This document shows, piece after piece, positions 39,701-46,877 of a stretch of DNA of 64,000 nt. Below the pieces are notes generated by a model. The model did not search any database. It saw only the letters and a program-made list of their open reading frames with translations, and had not been told where the DNA came from. Position 1 is the first letter of the stretch, and each line of letters starts with the position of its first letter. The DNA lies in NCBI GenBank assembly GCA_963776275.1, contig CAVZMI010000023.1, positions 32,001 through 96,000 of the forward strand. Reading direction: 5' to 3'. Source of the DNA: Ignavibacteriota bacterium. Lineage in GTDB: Bacteria > Bacteroidota > Ignavibacteria > UBA10030 > CAVZMI01. A program made the translations under genes and the position numbers.

Positions 39701-42700
39701 GGTTCGATACACTCAAATTTACCGGTACCTGGCCGACTATTCGCCGTAATGCCGGTACATTCGATAGCGCACCAACGTTCGTCACGATGGTCAATGTGAT
39801 TTACATCGGCGTCGATAAAACGTCATCGAATGAGTTACCGGTTGCAACCGATAAGTTGTGGAACCTTACGGTTTCAACAACGAACGGTTTGCAAGCAGGA
39901 GCTGCCGGTAAAGGCACGGTACAGGTTACCGTAAATACAACCGTCAACGGTAAAATCAATGTGTATCCGGGTCAGGCCCTTGAGCTTTATGATGCCGATC
40001 TAACTATGAAGGGTGACTCGATCATACTTAACGGTGATATTGCAAGTTACGAGATGGAAGACGAGCTCTGGCTTATACGTCCGACCGGAACGATCATTAA
40101 AGGTGCGGGTGTTTTGCCGAATACGCACGTTGATACGGGTTCGGTTGGAAACGTGATCGACGGAGCTCAGGGTATAGCCATGTATCTTCTTGGTCCAAAT
40201 GGCTGGCGCGGCGGCGGCGATGACACTATTCCGGGTTATTCCGGGTTGCTCGTCGTTGGTAATTATGACAACACGCCTCCAGCAGGGATCACGTTGAAGT
40301 TTGGAGCCCCGAATTCCTCGTCAAAAGCACATATTGGCTGCTTTGATTACGTTGGATATTTTCCAGGCTTGATAGTCAAAAAGGCTGGAACTGTAACACT
40401 CGCAGCAGATGCGATTGTCAGAGGAATTAACCAATATGGAACAATCAATGTCGACGGATATACTTTAACCGATCGCAGCGCAGTCAGTTATTTTGGTAAT
40501 AGATCTGTTACCACAGGTTCGAGTATGGGTGTACTACGATTCGAACCGGATGACATGTTCGCGGCAATATCGGTTAAGACGCCGCCTGTTGATGCTAAAC
40601 GAAGCGCGGCGCTTGAGGCATTTGCAGCGAAATACATTCCGAAAAATTTGCCTGCAACAAAGATGACATTACCGGATGGTGAGATGAAATCTCTGAAATC
40701 TCCGCAACCAAGTCTAACTGTATCATGGCAGTGGCTTGAATTGTATGGCGTCAGTGATACCATTGTTACGATCAATACAAACGTCACACTGGCATCATCA
40801 GCTAATTTGCCCACCGTCAGAGGTATTTTGGAACAGTATAATGATTTCAAAATAACGGGAAATGTACGGCTCGATAGTCTGACGCGCTGGGATATGGAGG
40901 ATACATTGACATTAACTGGTCAGACGATCAGGGTAGCCAAAGGATGCAAATTCTGGACGAGTGGGTCAGCGCTTCATCTGAATCCGTCCACACCTCCGTT
41001 AATCTACACAACTAATAACAATCCGGAGGAGATTACCAATCTGATCGTTAGCAATAATGTGAAGATTACCGGCGGAACTTTCGAAGTATACAACTTACTT
41101 CATGATGGAGGCGTACTGGATTATAGCGATCCCGACATCAGAATTGATGGTATATTTACGCGAAGGGGTAATTCCAGCTATAATTGTGGTAATAACTGGT
41201 TTATCTTCGCAGGTACTACGTTCGATCAAGACACGACTGATATGACCCTGGTAAATCTTTCATTTGAAAGCACAGGGGCATCCGCTCTAATAAATAGGGG
41301 TATCGTGAACGTATCGAACAAGTTGAGACTTGCTGCGACTGACGCTTATGCGGTGGATATCAATAATACTCCGCCAACGGCAGGAGCAACCAGACTAGCG
41401 GTTGCCAATCAAGATACGGTAATTTATATTGGCGGTCGTTTTGACGTTAAACCCACTTATGGAGGCACGATAACACTTATCACACAGTTGACCACAAGTA
41501 AGGTCATTCATGAAACTGTATGGGCCTCCAACAGTGCATCGCTGGTCGACACTCTCATAATTGATAACGTAGGTAGCGGTGTTAAATCGTACATGCCAAC
41601 CTCGCCAAGGAGTTATCGTCAGATCAATAATTCTCTCGAGCTCAGAGTTGGTATACTATCATTGGATGGTGATACATTGAATCTGCCCGACACCTTAACG
41701 ATTCGCCGTCGTCAGACCGGATCGCTCGATCTAGACGGTGGGACGATTCCATGGCATTGGACCAATGTAGTGTACGAGCCGACAGCTGCTTCTCCAGATG
41801 GTAATATTAGCACAGGTCCTGAACTTCTATCACCTGTGAATAACCTTACAATCACGAAATACGGTACTCCAGCTCCGGGCAATGCACTAACTACCCTGAC
41901 TAGAGATCTCGTGGTTAATGGTACGCTTCGTGTGGCGAACAACTTCAGTATGGGTACCCATACTCTCGAGCTAGACGGTCACATGGTAGTAACAGCCCCG
42001 CAGTTGACGTTTAATGGTACGTTGATATTCGGTGGTTCGCTTCCAGTTCAGACAGTACAGTTGAATGGAACGCTCAGCCCCACTAACGTGATCATGCAAA
42101 AAACGGCTCAGGGCCTTGTCAATGTCTCGGGCGGTAATATGGATGTGGCACTCATGCTTACCTTCTACAATGGCATATTAAATATAACTCCACCGTCGGT
42201 TGTCATTATTCATAAGCCGGGAGGTGGTGGTCAAGGATTTGACCATTCGGGAGTTGTATATGGAACGTGTTTGAGTCACGTTCGTGGCAAGGTACGGCAA
42301 CAGGTTCCTGCCGGAGCGGGAAACATTTCAGACGGTCGGTTTGAGTTCCCTGTTGGAGGGTTAACGAGGACCAGTTATCGTCTGATAGCGTTCACATTCA
42401 CACAGAATTATCCGGTGATCAACACAACGAACATCGAGGTGATGAACGTTGATACGATACCGGAAGGTGTGAAGAACATGCCGATCAATGGTGGTTATGG
42501 CATAAAGATCAGGAACTATCCGAATTACTTCTGGTTAGTCAATGCGACGCCGTCGAGCTTCACGCAGACACAGCAATTTGACGTTGAGCTCCACGGAACA
42601 GACCTGATCTATCCTGATATATTGAAGGATGATCTGCGTATCATCCGTCGTCAGGATGGTAATGCATTAATCAACGGGTGGTTCATGCAGGGTGATTCAA

Positions 42701-44274
42701 CCGTTTATACAGAAAACTACGTATATCGTCCAGATCCTGACCATTATCCGACAGATAGCGTTGTGGCGGTCCGCAGTTCGTCCACCTCTGGTGGAATAGT
42801 ATATGCGGGTACGCGCTTCGCGGTTGGAATACCGGCACGAAATCCGGAGTTCCTGTCAGTGATGCGGGATACGACTATCGCGCAGGTTGATAGTGTTGCC
42901 TGGACGTACTCGGCGAAGTCAAATAATATCGGTGGGAGTATTACATCTTACTCGCTCGTCAATCCACCGACGGGTGCGGCGATTAATAGTTCAACAGGCA
43001 AGATGGTATACAAACCGGGTTATACGACAACTCCGGGTATCTACCAAATAATCGTATCGGCCAATGATAGTTCAATGTCGAAACTCGATACCGCGAATGT
43101 AACGGTAACGAAGTCGAACCGTGCGCCATCGTTCACGGCCACGGGGGCAGCGATATGGACGATAGATTCAGTGGTCGAGAGAGTTCCACAAGCCTTAACA
43201 TACATTGCATTGGACGCCGATCCGGGTGATGTCGTAACATACTCGATAGACACGACGTTTGGTGCACATATTAACGCAACAACGGGTGCGATGACCTGGA
43301 CGCCGACTTTTGCACAGGCCGGACATAGCTATATTCTGAAGGTGAAAGCTACCGATGGTACAGCAACAGACTCCACATCGCATAGTGTATTTGTGAAGCA
43401 CAGCAGAAGGAAGGGAGATACGAACGGATCAGGGAGTATTTCAACGACGGATGCAACGGCAATATTACAGTCTATTGTTGGAATAGATCCAGGAATGACC
43501 ACTCTATTGGATCCAGCTGCAGCGTGGGCTGCGGATGTATCTCTGAACAGTTCGGTATCGGCGCTTGATGCTTCCTATATTCTGCAATATCTAGTAGGCA
43601 AACGTGGTTTACCGAACCTACCGAAACCGATCGTGGCAAGCGGTACACTGAGCTGGGGTAATCTGGTATCCGGCGAAGTAGCAGGAACGATAACGCTGCC
43701 ATTAAAGGTTAGGAATGCTTCGAATATTTATTCAGTAGAATTCAAGGCAAACATTGGTTCATTGAAGGTTGATGATCTGAAGGCGAATTTGCCGAAGGAT
43801 TGGCTAATCATCTATAAGGCGACCGAAGGGAAGTTAGCGGTTGCAGCAGCTGGTGTAACGCCGATCTCGGATGGTAACATTGCTACAATATGCTTCAAGG
43901 TCGATAAGGATCAGAAGCCGGAGAAGGTGGATGTTGATGTTCTTATGAACGAGAGCACCAATCAGACGCTTTCAGTCCAGGTAGCACCGTTGCCAACGGA
44001 GTTTGCCTTAGAGAACAACTATCCGAACCCGTTCAACCCGACGACAACGATCAAGTATCAGTTGCCGGAAGATGTCCGTGTTAGCGTGACAATCTACAAT
44101 ATTCAAGGTCAGGTTGTCCGGACACTGGTGAACGAAGATCAGAAAGCTGGATATTACACGATTCAGTGGGATGGTCGGAGTGAAGCTGGAACAACGGTTG
44201 CGACGGGAATCTACATCTACCGAATCAACGCTGGTTCGTTTGTAACAGCGAAGAAGATGGTGATGATGAAATAA
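36790..44274 (+). CDS. Giant secreted surface protein (2494 aa): signal peptide, beta-helix-like stalk, two cadherin/Ig-like domains, dockerin, cohesin, T9SS/FlgD-type C-terminal domain; copy 1
   Basis: Signal peptide ending ...GTSFA. YYVN..G.D..DG beta-helix cap. NRAPSF/DADPGD cadherin-like motifs. Twin Ca-loops GDTNGSGSISTTDA and ADVSLNSSVSALDA (43414-43599). Cohesin-like TITLPLKV..KLAVAAAG. CTD ENNYPNPFNPTTTIKY...KKMVMMK. Confidence 0.8.
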   Translation: MNSKKLLKIGVLLVAMLMLVAGTSFASTKYYVNVQTGLDTKDGLTPGNAKHSIMNAIAAAAPGDTISVDQANGNQYLEDVYVDKVLYFTSTTGSPSVTNWRVKIVAAVGSGITGNRCTFLGPYTLTGGLEIENGEIYGGGNLTVGTQLVRYGVNTSTPTPNYSTVVHGQILFTPYVDFYDSTNGYNMTTGEEMPPTAVSAMHNFTTTGSGTVTLNQSKWMNGTLTTGGVLALGSSILTINAQSLLHSVGGNITGAASGGTLTFTMNGPTTIQGNTYTLPNIITSGGSYLLTIDGATGGIGNVTSGGTTSITILNFVGAASTNVLGDVTNNSAPGTITLTLAQYIKSLTNTGSGHIQVDAAAAIDVSGIVLQSGSNAANSYISFTNTAATVYVHGSVTNSNAGYILFNNTSDAATTIRTGAVLQSGTGRILFNGGTTASSVSNNPASSLTLATGTKAVGDNYAVIRFTSGTGIVTINGNVSNIVTFSGSATYTATGTTNWTHTGEITFAATAAALTITGYIDVFATGNYNAVSGGGSALNATVSTNGSVIIASVGGNVAINGGIRDRTNWPTISNVTSVGNGMVDISARTTGHLGESGTRIGAISNTSSTTGDLVHGNILLGGTPDGVPFYGSSMISTGGHGGQILLGNQTVDMSQGVLNQRTESAYHIQFGSAPTPGIAVSISGNVQNTGKSTIYFKVFQGNGGENFLAGGLISSGASGNILVDGPCTDANGQFRLGSITLSNGTITLGDSVSGPIMNVIVSTLYGTGNVSFTGGTFKMGTTVAPCGRLLVLDGYAHKFSSPTTRTDFTSDKNCQLLVQRVSSFVAAQTLTGDLTETVWPGTLYINNLTGVPDSDAVKFDGGNFRILDSVNFMAGKVSINNMHIFIGGQIPGPTGVGNFINVSSYHTIADGFITMNGNNESAPGQTVAGAGSFGNFEVDVDSIVTVEPSTGPFTAIFGLTKGRVYGGTDVRFDTLKFTGTWPTIRRNAGTFDSAPTFVTMVNVIYIGVDKTSSNELPVATDKLWNLTVSTTNGLQAGAAGKGTVQVTVNTTVNGKINVYPGQALELYDADLTMKGDSIILNGDIASYEMEDELWLIRPTGTIIKGAGVLPNTHVDTGSVGNVIDGAQGIAMYLLGPNGWRGGGDDTIPGYSGLLVVGNYDNTPPAGITLKFGAPNSSSKAHIGCFDYVGYFPGLIVKKAGTVTLAADAIVRGINQYGTINVDGYTLTDRSAVSYFGNRSVTTGSSMGVLRFEPDDMFAAISVKTPPVDAKRSAALEAFAAKYIPKNLPATKMTLPDGEMKSLKSPQPSLTVSWQWLELYGVSDTIVTINTNVTLASSANLPTVRGILEQYNDFKITGNVRLDSLTRWDMEDTLTLTGQTIRVAKGCKFWTSGSALHLNPSTPPLIYTTNNNPEEITNLIVSNNVKITGGTFEVYNLLHDGGVLDYSDPDIRIDGIFTRRGNSSYNCGNNWFIFAGTTFDQDTTDMTLVNLSFESTGASALINRGIVNVSNKLRLAATDAYAVDINNTPPTAGATRLAVANQDTVIYIGGRFDVKPTYGGTITLITQLTTSKVIHETVWASNSASLVDTLIIDNVGSGVKSYMPTSPRSYRQINNSLELRVGILSLDGDTLNLPDTLTIRRRQTGSLDLDGGTIPWHWTNVVYEPTAASPDGNISTGPELLSPVNNLTITKYGTPAPGNALTTLTRDLVVNGTLRVANNFSMGTHTLELDGHMVVTAPQLTFNGTLIFGGSLPVQTVQLNGTLSPTNVIMQKTAQGLVNVSGGNMDVALMLTFYNGILNITPPSVVIIHKPGGGGQGFDHSGVVYGTCLSHVRGKVRQQVPAGAGNISDGRFEFPVGGLTRTSYRLIAFTFTQNYPVINTTNIEVMNVDTIPEGVKNMPINGGYGIKIRNYPNYFWLVNATPSSFTQTQQFDVELHGTDLIYPDILKDDLRIIRRQDGNALINGWFMQGDSTVYTENYVYRPDPDHYPTDSVVAVRSSSTSGGIVYAGTRFAVGIPARNPEFLSVMRDTTIAQVDSVAWTYSAKSNNIGGSITSYSLVNPPTGAAINSSTGKMVYKPGYTTTPGIYQIIVSANDSSMSKLDTANVTVTKSNRAPSFTATGAAIWTIDSVVERVPQALTYIALDADPGDVVTYSIDTTFGAHINATTGAMTWTPTFAQAGHSYILKVKATDGTATDSTSHSVFVKHSRRKGDTNGSGSISTTDATAILQSIVGIDPGMTTLLDPAAAWAADVSLNSSVSALDASYILQYLVGKRGLPNLPKPIVASGTLSWGNLVSGEVAGTITLPLKVRNASNIYSVEFKANIGSLKVDDLKANLPKDWLIIYKATEGKLAVAAAGVTPISDGNIATICFKVDKDQKPEKVDVDVLMNESTNQTLSVQVAPLPTEFALENNYPNPFNPTTTIKYQLPEDVRVSVTIYNIQGQVVRTLVNEDQKAGYYTIQWDGRSEAGTTVATGIYIYRINAGSFVTAKKMVMMK

Positions 44275-44277
44275 CGC

Positions 44278-44353
44278 TTTCGCAATTTATCCGGGAGGGG
44301 TGGAGTGTCCCGATGAAAACGGGATGCTCCGCCTTTGACCGGGAGTTGTGAAG
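44278..44353 (+). promoter_or_regulatory. Long intercistronic stem-loop without a U-tract (processing/stability element); identical copy at 54495-54570
   Basis: TTCGCAATT/AGTTGTGAA, CCGG/CCGG and GGGGTGGAGTGTCCCG/CGGGATGCTCCGCCTT pair in nested fashion. Confidence 0.65.
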
Positions 44354-44403
44354 AGACATTTAAATGAATTAACAAATTTTACTCACAAAGAAAAGGGGGC
44401 AAG

Positions 44404-45603
44404 ATGCGCAAAGTTACATTTCCTTTCCTGAAGACCCTAGTAATAGTCTTTGGGGTGCTTTTGCTTGCCACCAATGTTGCCTTGGCACAGGTACCGGTAA
44501 GCCTGCCGAATATAGCATCGAGAGTAGGAATAACCAGACCCATCGACGTGACAGTAGGAACAATATCCAGAGCGATGGCTGTGATATCGTATCAGTTCGA
44601 TCTATTATACGATTCTACAACTATCCTTGTCACTAACTACACCTTGGAGGGAACGATATCAGCGGGAGTAAAAGCGCCCGTGGTAGTGATATCGACTCCA
44701 GGGATCGTAAGGGTAGCGGTAGCCAGTGATTCGGCGATTTTTGGGTCTGGAACGCTGATTAGATTCTATGCGCTGATGAAAACACTGAACGACACGTCAT
44801 ATTTAAACCTGTCAGGGTTTAAATTCAACGAAGGTAGTCCGGCAAGTACGGTAACGAACGGCCGGGTAATTATTCCGTTGTTTAGTGTGAGCCTGCCTGC
44901 GGTAGATAGTGTTAAAGTCAAACAAGACTCGATATTCAACATACCGATTACTACGGATTTTATCACAGGTAGAGGGATACTGTCATATCAATTTGCCGTA
45001 TCGTACGATACCAATTTTATTGTGATCACAGGAGTGGACAAGGCAGGAACAATCTCTGCAAATATGAGTATTCTTGTGAACGCAACTGTAGCCGGACGGA
45101 TATCGGTTGCAGCGGCATCGGACAGTATACTTTCTGGAGGAGATGGAGCGACATTAATCTATCTTCAGGCAAGGATTAAACCAAATGCACATGGGACATC
45201 GGCGTTGACATTTGTGGATGGTTTCTTCCAGTACAATGAAGGGACCCCGCCAGTTGGTGCAGTTGATGGTAGTATCTATGTTAAAGATATTACCGCAATC
45301 AGGCAGACAGACCCAGTACCGACAAAATACGTGCTCGATCAAAACTATCCGAATCCGTTTAACCCGACGACAATGATAACTTTCGGGTTGCCGAAGGAAT
45401 CGAACGTGACGCTCGAGGTGTACAACATACTCGGGATGAAAGTACGCACGTTGATAGCCGGAGAGCGGATGAATGCAGCGAAGTACTCGATAGATTGGGA
45501 TGGTAAGGACAACTCCGGGATGTCAGTCCCGAGTGGAGTGTATCTCTACCGTCTTCATACGGATAAGTTCGACGCGGCAAGGAAGATGGTATTGGTGAAA
45601 TAG
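44404..45603 (+). CDS. Secreted cohesin-cohesin-T9SS/FlgD CTD protein (mini-scaffoldin-like), copy 1
   Basis: Signal peptide ending ALA-Q. Two homologous domains (ISYQFDLLYD..FNEGSP and LSYQFAVSYD..YNEGTP) with cohesin-like pattern. CTD DQNYPNPFNP...RKMVLVK. Confidence 0.75.
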   Translation: MRKVTFPFLKTLVIVFGVLLLATNVALAQVPVSLPNIASRVGITRPIDVTVGTISRAMAVISYQFDLLYDSTTILVTNYTLEGTISAGVKAPVVVISTPGIVRVAVASDSAIFGSGTLIRFYALMKTLNDTSYLNLSGFKFNEGSPASTVTNGRVIIPLFSVSLPAVDSVKVKQDSIFNIPITTDFITGRGILSYQFAVSYDTNFIVITGVDKAGTISANMSILVNATVAGRISVAAASDSILSGGDGATLIYLQARIKPNAHGTSALTFVDGFFQYNEGTPPVGAVDGSIYVKDITAIRQTDPVPTKYVLDQNYPNPFNPTTMITFGLPKESNVTLEVYNILGMKVRTLIAGERMNAAKYSIDWDGKDNSGMSVPSGVYLYRLHTDKFDAARKMVLVK

Positions 45604-45628
45604 CATTGGTCAAGTAGAAATAAGTTCA

Positions 45629-45673
45629 GAGCAGCCCTGTCCCGATACAATCGGGATGGGGCTGTGCTGTTTA
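45629..45673 (+). terminator. Likely intrinsic terminator hairpin; second copy at 55846-55890
   Basis: CAGCCCTGTCCCGAT-ACA-ATCGGGATGGGGCTG followed by TGCTGTTT. Confidence 0.6.
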
Positions 45674-46180
45674 AGAGAGAGAGATCGAGATCGAGGTCAA
45701 TCCTTCGATTCGTCCCGATATAGAACATCGGGACTCGCTCAGGGCAAGGATTGAGGTCGAGGAGAGAAAGAAATTTATGTATAAATCTTTCAAAGAGATG
45801 CCTGTCTGGCAGGAAGCGATGTCAATTGCAGTGGATATATTCCATATGACGGAGAGTCTTCCGAAGAAAGAGGATTATGGATTGACCTCACAGTTACGCC
45901 GATCGGCATTAAGTATCTCGGCCAATATATCCGAAGCCTTTGGCCGAAAACATAATAAGGATAAAATCAATTTTTATTCTTTCGCGAGAGGTTCTTTAAT
46001 TGAGACTCAGAGCCATTTGGAGTATGCAAAGAGAGTGGGATATATCGAAGAGGAAGTACATCAACGCATCGATGAGCACTTGGATGTCCTACATAAAGAT
46101 CTGAATAAAATTATGTTGACTCTTAGGTCTCAATCGCGTTCTAAACCTTAATCTTGACCTTAATCTTAACCTCTCTCTTG
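45673..46180 (+). mobile_element. Four-helix-bundle cassette bounded by inverted degenerate hexamer-repeat arms
   Basis: The left arm AAGAGAGAGAGATCGAGATCGAGGTCAA is roughly complementary to the right arm TTGACCTTAATCTTAACCTCTCTCTT. Confidence 0.6.
45777..46151 (+). CDS. Four helix bundle protein (23S rRNA intervening-sequence protein family)
   Basis: SFKEMPVWQ, LPKKEDYGLTSQLRRSALSISANISEAFGR and ARGSLIET motifs. Confidence 0.9.
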   Translation: MYKSFKEMPVWQEAMSIAVDIFHMTESLPKKEDYGLTSQLRRSALSISANISEAFGRKHNKDKINFYSFARGSLIETQSHLEYAKRVGYIEEEVHQRIDEHLDVLHKDLNKIMLTLRSQSRSKP

Positions 46181-46194
46181 CCCTTTCAAAGCGC

Positions 46195-46355
46195 ATTTAC
46201 TGCTGCTTTTTAAACTTCCCGCATTTCAACCGTCGGATTCACGCATCTTGTGTCTCAAGAGAGTATCCATCGAAATCGAAAAAGAGCAAATCACATTGAT
46301 ATTAATAGTCTAAATCTCAATAAGTGATCCTTTTCCTTCCTGGCATTAGGTTTGA
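46195..46355 (+). promoter_or_regulatory. Putative sigma54-type promoter with upstream tandem sites, copy 2
   Basis: TTCCCGCATTT...TTCACGCATCT, then TGGCAT-N5-TTGA at 46341-46355. Confidence 0.45.
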
Positions 46356-46403
46356 TTATATTATCGACAAGAGCGATGATAATTTTTATATTGATTCTCA
46401 TAC

Positions 46404-46650
46404 CGCAAAGGAAGGGGCAAGATGCGCAAAAGTTACATTTCTTTTCCTGAAGGCTCTGGTAATCGTCTTTGGGGTGCTTCTGCATGCCACCAATGTTGTC
46501 TTTACAGGTACCGGTAAAACTACTGAATATAGTAGCAAGAGCAGGGACAACCAGAACCATAGACGTGACAGAGTGTTATATCAATATCATTGTGTCGTAC
46601 GATACCAATTATATTATGATCATAGGAGTGAGCACTACAGGGACGAGTTC
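46404..46650 (+). pseudogene. Third, decayed and internally deleted copy of the cohesin-cohesin gene
   Basis: GGGGCAAGATGCGCAAAAGTTACATTTC matches the 44404 gene start. The frameshifted signal peptide is followed by a jump from ..IDVT to ..VSYDTNYIMIIGV (second cohesin). Confidence 0.85.
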
Positions 46651-46668
46651 TTTACCGATAAAACTATC

Positions 46669-46877
46669 TTGACATAGAGGTTGAGAATCTCTATATTAGC
46701 GTACATACTTTATGCTGGGAAGCTTACGATAGGGATTAAACAGGAAGCCGAAGCGGTGTATTATATCTTATTTGCTAATCGATTCTTTCCTTTTGTAATT
46801 CGCAATAATATTATTTCATTCAGTCAATTTACTACCTTCTGATCTCCTAAACAATACTCTATTTTTGGAGGAAACAA
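46669..46877 (+). promoter_or_regulatory. Sigma70 promoter and shorter 5' leader of giant gene 2
   Basis: TTGACA-17 bp-TATATT. The leader matches copy 1 but lacks a ~100-bp segment. Confidence 0.75.

Noticed and set aside
36790-45603. True cellulosome
   Set aside because: No recognisable glycoside hydrolase or CBM3 modules. The context is glycan biosynthesis, not degradation.
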